The notes under the pieces were generated by a model. That model was not told the origin of the DNA. It ran no database searches and saw only the letters and a program-made list of their open reading frames with translations. A DNA stretch of 64,000 nt from an uncultured Sphaerochaeta sp. (GTDB taxonomy: Bacteria > Spirochaetota > Spirochaetia > Sphaerochaetales > Sphaerochaetaceae), in NCBI GenBank assembly GCA_946626785.1, contig CAMOUY010000001.1, forward strand, positions 12,116 to 76,115, given 5' to 3'. Of the stretch, positions 55,299-64,000 are shown one piece after another. The position numbers were made by a program, and so were the translations under genes. How positions within the stretch are numbered: position 1 is the first letter of the stretch; each line of letters opens with the position of its first letter.

Positions 55299-56930
55299 AT
55301 GGCAAAACAGCTACAGTTCAGTGAGGAAGCCAGAAAGTCTCTGGTATCCGGTGTTGAGCAGATTGCCAAGGCTGTCATGACGACCTTGGGTCCTAAGGGA
55401 CGTACAGTCCTTCTGGACAAGAAGTACGGTGCTCCGATGATCACAAAAGACGGTGTCACGGTTGCACGTGAAGTTGAGCTTGAGGACCCGTTCGAGAACA
55501 TGGGTGCACAGCTTGTCAAGGAAGTCGCTTCCAAGACAAACGATGTTGCCGGTGACGGAACAACAACCGCAACGGTTCTTGCTTGGGCAATCACCAAGGA
55601 AGGAATGAAGAGTGTCGCAGCCGGCGTCAACCCAATGGGTATCAGACGTGGTATCGACAAGGCTGTAGCAGATGCAGTTGCAGAGATCAAGGCTGAAGCA
55701 AAGCCGATCAACGACAAGGAAGAGATCACACAGGTCGCTTCAATCTCCGCCAACAACGACTCCACAATCGGAGAGGAGATCGCCAATGCAATGGAGAAGG
55801 TCGGAATGGATGGAGTCATCACAGTTGAGGAGTCCAAGAACATCGAGACCACAACAGACTTCGTTGAGGGAATGCAGTTCGACCGCGGATACATTTCAGC
55901 TTATTTCGCAAGCAACCGCGAGACAATGACATCAGTCATGGACGATCCATACATCCTGATCTACGACAAGAAGATCTCTTCAATGAAGGAGCTCCTTCCT
56001 GTTCTCGAGAAGGTTGTCCAGACCAGCAAGCCTCTGTTGATCATCGCAGAGGATGTCGATGGCGAGGCTCTGACAACATTGGTCGTCAACTCACTCAGAG
56101 GAACACTCAATGTCTGTGCCATCAAGGCTCCTGGCTTTGGTGACAGAAGAAAGGCAATGCTTGAGGATATCGCAATCCTGACAGGCGGACAGGTCATCAG
56201 CGAAGAGCTCGGAATGAAGCTTGAGAACGCAGATCTCAACCAGCTTGGTAGAGCAAAGAGCGTCAAGGTCGAGAAAGAGAACACAACAATCATCAACGGT
56301 CTTGGAAAGAGCGAGAACATCAAGGACAGAATCGGCCAGATCAAGAAGCAGATCGCTGACACAACAAGCGACTACGACCGCGAGAAGCTGCAGGAGAGAC
56401 TTGCAAAGCTCGCAGGTGGTGTTGCAGTCATCAACGTCGGTGCTCCTACAGAGGTTGAGCTCAAGGAGAGAAAGCACAGAGTCGAGGACGCAGTCAACGC
56501 AACACGCGCAGCCATCGAAGAGGGAGTCATCCCTGGTGGTGGAGTCGCTCTCGCACAGGCAGCCAAGAAGATGGAAGGCAAGGATCTTTCAGCTCTCTCA
56601 GATGAGGAGCAGATCGGTTACAAGATCGTCCGCAGAGCACTTGAGGAGCCGATGCGCCAGATCGCTGAGAACGCAGGTGAGGATGGAGCCATCATCGCCG
56701 ACAAGTGCAAGAACAGCGAGAAGGGTGTTGGCTACGATGCCAACAACAACAAGTGGGTCAACATGGTCGAGGCCGGAATCATCGATCCTGTCAAGGTCAC
56801 AAGAAGCGCTCTCCAGAATGCGGCAAGCATTGCAGCCCTCATTCTCACAAGCGAGTGTGCAATCACTGACATCCCAGCTCCAGAGCCGGCAGCTCCTGCC
56901 GGAAACCCTGGAATGGGCGGCATGATGTGA
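55299..56930 (+). CDS. groEL: chaperonin GroEL
   Basis: [15 protein letters not shown]..., [12 protein letters not shown] and the C-terminal GGM-type tail (NPGMGGMM) are present. 543 aa. There is no groES upstream. Confidence 0.98.
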   Translation: MAKQLQFSEEARKSLVSGVEQIAKAVMTTLGPKGRTVLLDKKYGAPMITKDGVTVAREVELEDPFENMGAQLVKEVASKTNDVAGDGTTTATVLAWAITKEGMKSVAAGVNPMGIRRGIDKAVADAVAEIKAEAKPINDKEEITQVASISANNDSTIGEEIANAMEKVGMDGVITVEESKNIETTTDFVEGMQFDRGYISAYFASNRETMTSVMDDPYILIYDKKISSMKELLPVLEKVVQTSKPLLIIAEDVDGEALTTLVVNSLRGTLNVCAIKAPGFGDRRKAMLEDIAILTGGQVISEELGMKLENADLNQLGRAKSVKVEKENTTIINGLGKSENIKDRIGQIKKQIADTTSDYDREKLQERLAKLAGGVAVINVGAPTEVELKERKHRVEDAVNATRAAIEEGVIPGGGVALAQAAKKMEGKDLSALSDEEQIGYKIVRRALEEPMRQIAENAGEDGAIIADKCKNSEKGVGYDANNNKWVNMVEAGIIDPVKVTRSALQNAASIAALILTSECAITDIPAPEPAAPAGNPGMGGMM

Positions 56931-56959
56931 TAGCCTGAAAAACTGAAACAATATTCATG

Positions 56960-56998
56960 CGGGTGTCCGAGTAATGTGCTTGGGCACCCGTTTTGTTT
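56960..56998 (+). terminator. intrinsic terminator after groEL
   Basis: CGGGTGTCC...GGGCACCCG stem followed by TTTTGTTT. Confidence 0.6.
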
Positions 56999-57025
56999 GA
57001 CAATAAAGTAATATATGTGTATTTT
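56997..57025 (+). promoter_or_regulatory. sigma70-like promoter for yajC-secD-secF
   Basis: TTGACA (56997-57002), a 17-nt spacer, then TATTTT (57020-57025). Confidence 0.35.
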
Positions 57026-57070
57026 TATAGAAGCATTTAAAAGCGAATAAAATTAAAGTGAGGACATAAC

Positions 57071-57529
57071 ATGTATTCATTGATTCTTGCCCTTGGTTCC
57101 ACAGCAACCACAACAGACGGCGCAGCAGCCGGCGGTTCAATGTGGACCACCCTGATCACCTTCGGTATCATCATCCTGATCTTCTACTTCCTGATCATCA
57201 GACCGCAGAAGAAGCGTGACAAGGAAGCAAAGAACATGCTCGCAGCCATCAAGAAGGGTGACAAGATCGTCACAATCGGTGGTATCAGAGGAACAGTCGC
57301 TGTCGTCAAGGAAAGCACAGTCATCGTCAAGGTTGACGACAACACAAGAATCGAGTTCAGCAAGAACGCCATCTCATCAGTCCTGAACAAGAAGGAGGAG
57401 ACAACCGTCGAGAAGCCTTCCAAGAAAAAGGAAGAGAAGGTTGAGAAGGTCGAGAAGCCAGCCGTAGAGGCTCCTAAGGCAGAAGAGAAGGCTGAAGAAG
57501 AGAAAGCTGAAGAGAAGGCTGAAAACTAA
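57071..57529 (+). CDS. yajC: preprotein translocase subunit YajC (with long Lys/Glu-rich C-terminal tail)
   Basis: It has a TM helix followed by LIIRPQKKRDKEAKNMLAAIKKGDKIVTIGGIRGTV. The tail reads KKKEEKVEKVEKPAVEAPKAEEKAEEEKAEEKAEN. Confidence 0.87.
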   Translation: MYSLILALGSTATTTDGAAAGGSMWTTLITFGIIILIFYFLIIRPQKKRDKEAKNMLAAIKKGDKIVTIGGIRGTVAVVKESTVIVKVDDNTRIEFSKNAISSVLNKKEETTVEKPSKKKEEKVEKVEKPAVEAPKAEEKAEEEKAEEKAEN

Positions 57530-57535
57530 TCTGAA

Positions 57536-59311
57536 ATGAGAAAACTTGAACGTATACTGATTGCAATGGTTGTCTTTGCAGTCTGTGTATGGTTCCTTTT
57601 CCCGACAATCAAGTGGTACGGTTTCGTATCAGCGGAGGACAAGGCCCTTACAACGGGCAGCAGCCTCCAGGTCAAAGAATACTCCCAGGGACGGGCTTCG
57701 GAGGTGCTCCAGTACATGGAGGAGAATCCGGATTCAAAGATTCCTGAGGAGTATTCTTTTGTAATTGAGCTTGCCAAGGCACAGCTCAAGGCAGAGGGTA
57801 AGGGCGGCACAGACGTGAAGGTCTGCTCCGATGTCCTGGAGGCTTTTGCTACATCCAAGGACGAGGGGGCCATTCTTCTGCAGGCTGTTGAGCAGTACTG
57901 CAGAGAGTACATACAGAATCTTAAGGAACTCTCCTCAAAGGCTCTCCAGCTTGGTCTGGACCTCAAGGGCGGAATGAGCATTCTGCTCGATGTCGAGGTC
58001 TCGTCTCTTGCTGACCGTCTCGGGTACGAGCCGTCAGAGTCGGAGATCAACGCCGCATTAGAAGAAGACATCGAGATTCTGAAGAACAGAATCGACCAGT
58101 TCGGAATGGCCGAGCCTGAGATCAGAAAACAGGGCGAAAACCAGATTCTGATCGAGCTTGCCGGAACACCAGACCCGGAGAGGGTCGATGCCTTCCTGAA
58201 GGGCAAGGGCTCCTTGGCCTTCCACCTTGCAGACACCCTTACGACACAGCGTGCCGTTGCCTATCTCCAGGCCAATCCTGATGAGTATGAGACAATCATG
58301 AACGCTCTGCAGAACGATGAGGACTTCGTCCAGCCGTCAGTGGTACCTGCAGACAGAATGCTTGCCGGCATCTTCTCGACTGACGAGTATGGCCTCGAGC
58401 AGCTTTCCGGCGTTGTTGTCATCTACAGGACCGCTACTCTTGATGGAGGCTACCTACTGTCAGCGGAGCCAAGCAAGGACAGCACAAGCAACCAGCCTGT
58501 AGTCAATGTCAAACTCAGCGACGAGGGCGGTTCGATCTTCTACGACTTCACTAAGGGCCATATCGGACAGCCTCTGGCAATTGTCATGGATGGTCACGTC
58601 AAGAGCGTGGCAACCATCAGAGACGCCCTCTCCACAAACGTGCAGATCTCCGGTTTCACGACAGAGGAGGCCGAGAACCTTGCCATAATCCTCAAGACGG
58701 CATCGCTTCCGATCTCCGTCACGGTTTCAAGCCAGCAGACGGTTGGAGCCTCTCTTGGAGAGGACTCTGTGCGTGTGGGAGCAAAGGCAATCCTGTTCGG
58801 CTTCATCCTGGTTGTCCTCTTCATGGTCGTGTTCTACAAGGGCTGCGGTCTCATCGCTGACCTTGCACTGGTCATGAACCTGGTCATAATGGTCGCTACC
58901 CTTGGTGGCTTCGGTTCCACTTTGACGCTTACAGGAATCGCAGGATTGATACTTTCCGTTGGAATGGCCGTCGATGCGAACGTCATCATCTTCGAGAGAA
59001 TAAAGGATGAGCTCAAGGCGGGTGCACTTCCAAAGGCTGCCGTGAAGAACGGCTATGCAAAGGCCCTGTGGACCATCCTGGACTCCAACATCACAACGAT
59101 CATCGCCGCTGTTGTGCTGATTAGCTTCGGCTCCAGCGCAGTGAAGGGCTTTGCCACGACTCTTGCGATAGGAATCGTGAGCTCCGTGTACACGGCGCTG
59201 TTCCTGAGCCATCTCATGATGGATCTTACAGTGGGAAGAAAAATCTCGATCTCCTGGAAGAAGATCGGGGTCGAGGTTCCTAAGGACAAGGCAGAAGGAG
59301 GGAGGAAATGA
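57536..59311 (+). CDS. secD: protein translocase subunit SecD
   Basis: 591-aa ORF with LGLDLKGG, a large periplasmic domain and a C-terminal 6-TM domain (TLTGIAGLILSVGMAVDANVIIFERIKDE). Confidence 0.92.
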   Translation: MRKLERILIAMVVFAVCVWFLFPTIKWYGFVSAEDKALTTGSSLQVKEYSQGRASEVLQYMEENPDSKIPEEYSFVIELAKAQLKAEGKGGTDVKVCSDVLEAFATSKDEGAILLQAVEQYCREYIQNLKELSSKALQLGLDLKGGMSILLDVEVSSLADRLGYEPSESEINAALEEDIEILKNRIDQFGMAEPEIRKQGENQILIELAGTPDPERVDAFLKGKGSLAFHLADTLTTQRAVAYLQANPDEYETIMNALQNDEDFVQPSVVPADRMLAGIFSTDEYGLEQLSGVVVIYRTATLDGGYLLSAEPSKDSTSNQPVVNVKLSDEGGSIFYDFTKGHIGQPLAIVMDGHVKSVATIRDALSTNVQISGFTTEEAENLAIILKTASLPISVTVSSQQTVGASLGEDSVRVGAKAILFGFILVVLFMVVFYKGCGLIADLALVMNLVIMVATLGGFGSTLTLTGIAGLILSVGMAVDANVIIFERIKDELKAGALPKAAVKNGYAKALWTILDSNITTIIAAVVLISFGSSAVKGFATTLAIGIVSSVYTALFLSHLMMDLTVGRKISISWKKIGVEVPKDKAEGGRK

Positions 59312-60354
59312 AGATATCATTCAATGTGGTAGCACGCAGAACCCTCTATGTCGGTCTTGCCTGCATCCTTGTCATTGCCAGCATCGCGCTTGTTGTCTTC
59401 AAGGGCTTCAATCTTGGAATCGACTTCGAGAGTGGTCTTTCAGTATCCGTGAGGGTCGAGAATTCCTCAATAGAGGATGTCAGAGCCGCTGTCTCCTCAA
59501 TAGAGGGAGTCAGGGTGCAGAACGTTGGTTCCTCTGACGATGGTAGATACCAGATCCGCGCCAAGGTCTCCGAAGGCCAGGACCAGAGGGATGTCGAGGC
59601 GCTGGTCAACGAGCTTCTGGGCAAATCCTTCAGCTCCTATACCATCCTTGAGAGCAGCTTCATCGGAGCAAAGTTCTCCTCAAGTCTGATCACAGGTTCA
59701 ATCAAGGCAGTGGCGATCGCCCTGGCTCTGATTCTGGTGTACGTATGGGTCCGCTTCAGGGTGGCCTATGCCATAGGTTCGATCGTTGCACTGATTCACG
59801 ACGTTGTGCTGCTCTTCGGCTTCATAAGCCTGATGGGCTTCGAGATCTCCTCGACCACAATCGCCGCTGTGCTTACGATAATCGGATATTCACTGAACAA
59901 CACAATCGTCATCTTCGACCGTGTCAGAGAGAGCATCAAGGGGGACAACACCCAGGAGCTTTCCACCGTGATCGACTATGGCGTGAACAGTTCTCTTTCA
60001 AGAACGACCTTCAGCAGCGTGACGACGCTTCTAGCTGTTCTGCCTCTGGCGATACTTGCCTCCGGCGATGTCAGAAGCTTTGCCATCTGCATGATCTTCG
60101 GCGTGGTTGTTGGAACCTATTCCTCCAACTTCCTTGCAACGAACATCCTCTATGTGCTTGGAAAGGTGCCTGCATTGGACATTCTCAAGGCGCAGGAGGA
60201 AGAGGACCTCTCCGACTCCGCTATGGCGAAGAGAATTCTCGACGATGAAAAGAAGGTCATTTCTTTCGAGTCCGAGAAGCTGGCAAAGGCCTCGAAGAAG
60301 GAAAAGAAAGAGAAGAGAGAGAAGAACGACAACGACCCTAAGATTCTGGTCTGA
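59308..60354 (+). CDS. secF: protein translocase subunit SecF
   Basis: It has GIDFESG and the TM core (IHDVVLLFGFISL...TIIGYSLNNTIVIFDRVRE). It overlaps secD by 4 nt. Confidence 0.92.
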   Translation: MKISFNVVARRTLYVGLACILVIASIALVVFKGFNLGIDFESGLSVSVRVENSSIEDVRAAVSSIEGVRVQNVGSSDDGRYQIRAKVSEGQDQRDVEALVNELLGKSFSSYTILESSFIGAKFSSSLITGSIKAVAIALALILVYVWVRFRVAYAIGSIVALIHDVVLLFGFISLMGFEISSTTIAAVLTIIGYSLNNTIVIFDRVRESIKGDNTQELSTVIDYGVNSSLSRTTFSSVTTLLAVLPLAILASGDVRSFAICMIFGVVVGTYSSNFLATNILYVLGKVPALDILKAQEEEDLSDSAMAKRILDDEKKVISFESEKLAKASKKEKKEKREKNDNDPKILV

Positions 60355-60371
60355 GGCTGTGGAGGTTCTCT

Positions 60372-61256
60372 GTGAAGGTAATTAGAAGCAAGGTCATCGG
60401 TTTCTGTTTCGGTGTCTCCAATACCATTGCAAAGGCGGACGAATGTGTCGCCTTGGCAATGGAGAAGGGTCTGCCTTGCTACAGCATAGGGGACCTTATC
60501 CACAACAAGGACATGGTCAAGCACTACAGCGACCTTGGGATGGAGAGCATCAAGAGCAACGAGGGCAAAGAGCCTGGCGTTGCACTGATCAGAGCCCATG
60601 GTGTTCCTGACAGAGTCAGGCGAGAATACGAGGAAAAGGGCTTCATTGTCATAGACTCCACCTGTCCAATCGTTGCAAAAGGTGCACAAACCATACGAAA
60701 AGCAGCCCAGAAGGGCATAAAGACCATAATTGTTGGGGTCAAAGGTCATGCAGAGACCATTGGACTTCAGGGTGTTGAGGCCTCTGTTGGAAATGTGGTC
60801 GAGTCTGTGATGGTCTATAGCCTTGAAGATGCCAGAAAACTGGTTGAATCGGGAACTTTGGCTGTTGATGAACCAATTGTGGTCGTTGTACAGACCACAT
60901 TCCCGGTCAACTACTTCGAGGAGATAAAGAATGTCCTTAAGGACCACTTCAAAGAGATCAGGTTCTCGAACTCACCTTGTGGGGCCACATTGACCAGAAA
61001 GAAGGCGGCAATCGAGCTTGCAGAACAGACTGATGCCGTTGTGGTCGTCGGTGGACGCAACAGCGAGAACACCAAGGGCCTTGCCAGGGTGGTTGCAGAG
61101 AACGGTAAGCCTGTATACTGCATAGAGAACGCAAGCGATCTTGACGAGGAGCTCAGAAACGAGCTCTCCGGCTACTCCTGCGTTGGTCTTTGCTCTGGGT
61201 CCTCGACTCCTACGAACATAATCAGGGGAGTTGAGGAGATCCTTGAATGGCTTTGA
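60372..61256 (+). CDS. ispH: 4-hydroxy-3-methylbut-2-enyl diphosphate reductase
   Basis: GTG start with a GGAGG RBS. It has GFCFGV, IRAHGV, DSTCPIV and the third cluster Cys (SNSPCGAT). Confidence 0.9.
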   Translation: MKVIRSKVIGFCFGVSNTIAKADECVALAMEKGLPCYSIGDLIHNKDMVKHYSDLGMESIKSNEGKEPGVALIRAHGVPDRVRREYEEKGFIVIDSTCPIVAKGAQTIRKAAQKGIKTIIVGVKGHAETIGLQGVEASVGNVVESVMVYSLEDARKLVESGTLAVDEPIVVVVQTTFPVNYFEEIKNVLKDHFKEIRFSNSPCGATLTRKKAAIELAEQTDAVVVVGGRNSENTKGLARVVAENGKPVYCIENASDLDEELRNELSGYSCVGLCSGSSTPTNIIRGVEEILEWL

Positions 61257-61272
61257 GCCAAGGAGAAGAAAA

Positions 61273-62787
61273 ATGACGGAAAAGCAGCTTGATGCATACA
61301 ACAGACTACTTGAGATTGACCGCAAGATCACTCTGATCGGGCACATAGATGCAGTTCTTGGCTACGACTTCGAGACGGTCATGAGCAAGAAGGGCGGAGA
61401 TGAGAGGGCTCAGCAGATGTCCTTCCTTTCCTCCATGATGCACGACCTTTCCACGGGAAAGGATGTTGGCGAGTGCCTCTCGGTCCTTGAGGGTGTCACC
61501 GAGGCCACCGATGAGCAGAAGGCTCTGGTGAGAAACTGGAAGAAGACCTACGAGAACGAGGTCCTGATTCCTGCAAAGCTAGTTCAGGACATCTCCGAGG
61601 CGCAGAGCACCTGCCAGAACAAGTGGTTCTCGGCCCGTCTTGACGGTAACTGGAAGGATTTCTACCCATATCTTGAGCGCTTGGTTGATCTGAGCAAGGA
61701 GAGCGCAACAAAGATTGCAAAGGGCAGAACCCTGTACAACACAATGCTGGACCAGAACGAATGCAGCTTCAACAGTGACCAGATCGCAGAACTCTTCGAC
61801 GGGATGCAGAAGACCATCCTGGATGTCGTTGACCAGGTCAATGCATCCGGCAAGCAGGTCACAAAGAAAGAGGAGGCCTTCCTCTATCAGAAGTATGACA
61901 TCGAGAAGCAGAAGGCCTTCTCTCACAAGGTCCTTGAGGACATGGGCTACGAGTTCGACAGAAGCTCCATAGGAGTAGTTGCCCATCCGTTCACAAGCAC
62001 CCTCGGAGGTGATGACGTCAGAATCACAACCAGATTCGAGGATCTGAACGTCACAAGCCAGCTGTATACCATCGTCCACGAGGGCGGACACGCAATGTAC
62101 GAGATGGGTGCCAACAACGGCTCCATCAAGGGCACAAGCCTTGGTCAGGGTGAGAGCAACATGTTCCACGAGTCCCAGAGCAGACTGTGGGAGAACCTTG
62201 TGGCACGAAGCCCTTACTTCTGGGAGCACTACCTGCCGATTTTCTGCGACATGTTCCCGGAGCAGACCAAGGGCGTGGACTTCGACACCTTCATGAAGGC
62301 TGTGAACCACGTGCAGCTGGATGATGTCAGAGTGAATGCGGACGAGGTAACCTATGGACTTCACATAATCCTGCGCTTCAACCTTGAGAGGGAGTTCATC
62401 GACGGCGATCTGAAGATCAAGGACCTTCCTGATGCCTGGAACGAGATGTCCATGAAACTCCTGAAAAAGTACCCTGACAGCATCCAGAGCGGAGTGCTGC
62501 AGGATGTGCACTGGATGGGTGGAATGTACGGATACTTCCCGTCCTACGCACTTGGAAACCTGATCAACGCACATGTTTGGAACTTCATGGCCAAGGATTT
62601 CGATGTGGACGAGGCCGTGAGAACCGGAAACCTTGTGAAGATCAAGGATTACCTTACAGAGAAGTACTACAAGTACGGTTGCATCTACCGCTGCTCAGAC
62701 ATGCTGAGGCGTGTGACGGGCAAGGAGCTTGATGCTTCTTACTTCGACGTATATCTTAGAGACAAGTACGGGAGGCTTTTTGGATAA
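61273..62787 (+). CDS. M32-family (Taq-like) carboxypeptidase
   Basis: It has HEGGHAMYE (HExxH), HPF, DEVTYGLHIILRF and GVLQDVHW motifs. An AAGGAG RBS precedes ATG 61273. Confidence 0.87.
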   Translation: MTEKQLDAYNRLLEIDRKITLIGHIDAVLGYDFETVMSKKGGDERAQQMSFLSSMMHDLSTGKDVGECLSVLEGVTEATDEQKALVRNWKKTYENEVLIPAKLVQDISEAQSTCQNKWFSARLDGNWKDFYPYLERLVDLSKESATKIAKGRTLYNTMLDQNECSFNSDQIAELFDGMQKTILDVVDQVNASGKQVTKKEEAFLYQKYDIEKQKAFSHKVLEDMGYEFDRSSIGVVAHPFTSTLGGDDVRITTRFEDLNVTSQLYTIVHEGGHAMYEMGANNGSIKGTSLGQGESNMFHESQSRLWENLVARSPYFWEHYLPIFCDMFPEQTKGVDFDTFMKAVNHVQLDDVRVNADEVTYGLHIILRFNLEREFIDGDLKIKDLPDAWNEMSMKLLKKYPDSIQSGVLQDVHWMGGMYGYFPSYALGNLINAHVWNFMAKDFDVDEAVRTGNLVKIKDYLTEKYYKYGCIYRCSDMLRRVTGKELDASYFDVYLRDKYGRLFG

Positions 62788-63383
62788 TGAATCTGCCTAA
62801 CAAACTCACAATCACAAGACTTGTCCTTGCACCTGTGTTCTTCGTGGTGTTCTTCCTTCCTGAGTTGCTTCCTTCGGTCAACCCAGTTGTCTACACCATT
62901 GTCCTGGTGCTCATGTACGCACTTATGGAGCTGACGGACCTGCTTGACGGAAAGATCGCAAGGGGAAGGGGTCTGGTGACGGACCTTGGAAAGGTGCTCG
63001 ACCCGTTCTCGGATGTCATCTGCCATCTGACTTTCTTCACCTGCCTGCTCTCAGTGGGCATCATGCCTGTGTGGGCCTTCATCCTGATTCTCTGGAGGGA
63101 GTTCACCCAGAGCTTCACCAGAATGCTGATGATGGGCAAGGGCAAGGCGATGGCCGCCAACATCTTCGGAAAGGCCAAGACTGTGCTCTATGCCTTCACC
63201 TGCGTGTGCGGCTTTGCACTCAGGATCTGCATCATAATCGGAGTCGACTCTGAATTCATCTCTGTGTTCGGCACAGTGCTGACGGTCCTGTTCGGACTTG
63301 CAGCCTTTGCCTCTGTGATGTCATACGTCATCTATGCAAGGAACATCGCAAAGAGCGGGGTTTTGAAGGATATGACTAGATAA
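62787..63383 (+). CDS. pgsA: CDP-alcohol phosphatidyltransferase (PgsA-like)
   Basis: It has the motif DGx2ARx8Gx3Dx3D (DLLDGKIARGRGLVTDLGKVLDPFSD) and is polytopic. It shares a 1-nt TAATG overlap with the upstream gene. Confidence 0.8.
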   Translation: MNLPNKLTITRLVLAPVFFVVFFLPELLPSVNPVVYTIVLVLMYALMELTDLLDGKIARGRGLVTDLGKVLDPFSDVICHLTFFTCLLSVGIMPVWAFILILWREFTQSFTRMLMMGKGKAMAANIFGKAKTVLYAFTCVCGFALRICIIIGVDSEFISVFGTVLTVLFGLAAFASVMSYVIYARNIAKSGVLKDMTR

Positions 63384-64000
63384 TCAGCCGAAATAAGGTT
63401 CCAGATAGTCTAGGACATGGGGTGGCACGAGCTGTGCCACCTCTTCTTTTCTGCCCTTTGACAGGGCTTCACGAACCATCGAAGAGGATATGTACTTGTC
63501 TCCCAGGCGCTTTCTCTCCGCAACACGGAGCGTGATGCCTGCGTCCCTGCATTCCTGTCTGAGAGCATTCAGATGTATCTCAGAGAGTTCGTCCCTTGGC
63601 TCGTCACCTGCAAAGGCGCTCTTGATCCCAAGAGCCTTGAGAACATGGCAGAATACCATGCTGTCCAGCTTTGCATGGGCAGGAGCCGCACCCAGAATAT
63701 CGGAAAGGAAGCCCTGGGGATAGTCGTCGCGGCTTATGATGAAGGGGCCTGAGGGCAGTACAACCACATTCTGAAGGTCTTCCAGACCCTTCTTCACCAG
63801 GTCTATGCGGTCCTCGAAGGGGAATTCCAGGCCTGTGTTCTCGTGATTTCCCTTTCCTCCGGACTCGGTTTTGCCCTGAATTACGAAAACCAGTACCAGA
63901 GAACTGCGTTTTGAAGCGATTTCGGCCAGATAACGATGTCCTATAGTAAAAGGATTTGCATTAAAAACAAGGCATGAACAATTAGTTGGGATATCTATAT
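63384..64000 (-). CDS. citrate lyase ligase (CitC)-like adenylyltransferase-domain protein; partial, with the N-terminus beyond the right edge
   Basis: The frame stays open to the window end. My translation upstream of the track ORF is ...CLVFNANPFTIGHRYLAEIASKRSSLVLVFVIQG...EFPFEDRIDLVKKGLEDLQNVVVLPSGPFIIS, with an HxGH-type nucleotidyltransferase motif as in the CitC C-terminal domain. Confidence 0.55.
   Translation of the reverse strand, partial: IDIPTNCSCLVFNANPFTIGHRYLAEIASKRSSLVLVFVIQGKTESGGKGNHENTGLEFPFEDRIDLVKKGLEDLQNVVVLPSGPFIISRDDYPQGFLSDILGAAPAHAKLDSMVFCHVLKALGIKSAFAGDEPRDELSEIHLNALRQECRDAGITLRVAERKRLGDKYISSSMVREALSKGRKEEVAQLVPPHVLDYLEPYFG

Noticed and set aside
1-64000. tRNA, rRNA, tmRNA, RNase P RNA, transposase/integrase genes
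   Set aside because: None of the intergenic regions longer than 100 bp showed cloverleaf-type conserved arms (for example GGTTCGAATCC) or recognisable RNA-family motifs. No ORF showed DDE, tyrosine-recombinase or serine-recombinase signatures. The scan was done by eye only, so small structured RNAs could be missed.

Overview
This window looks like the replication-origin neighbourhood of a spirochaete-type chromosome (Treponema/Sphaerochaeta-like gene order, roughly 50% GC by eye). On the minus strand, radA, a cyclophilin-FKBP fusion PPIase, parB, parA, gyrA and gyrB diverge from dnaA-dnaN-recF-DUF721-rpmH-rnpA-yidC-jag on the plus strand. The rest is mostly housekeeping: nagA, pepD, htpG, dnaE, recG, ligA, argR, pgi, groEL, yajC-secD-secF, ispH and pgsA. 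I found no rRNA, tRNA, CRISPR array or transposase.

Structure not explained by the core genes:
1. Four identical parS 16-mers sit in a 695-bp gene-free spacer next to parAB.
2. A low-GC MNT/HepT toxin-antitoxin cassette is bracketed by a perfect 72-bp direct repeat. The repeat splits a tightly coupled small-ORF/GNAT gene pair exactly at the GNAT start codon.
3. A xanthine-dehydrogenase-like three-gene set has a large subunit that appears to have lost the canonical Moco/active-site motifs. It is packed into one operon with rsmD.
4. A candidate small RNA carries two exact copies of the 16S anti-Shine-Dalgarno tail (ACCUCCUUU).
5. A 4 x 53-bp helically phased tandem repeat with 8-bp inverted arms abuts a low-GC orphan gene with a restriction-endonuclease-like motif, just upstream of groEL.
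6. A Phd/ParE toxin-antitoxin pair is present.

All family calls come from motif recognition by eye. Hairpin and repeat coordinates were counted by hand. No searches were run.
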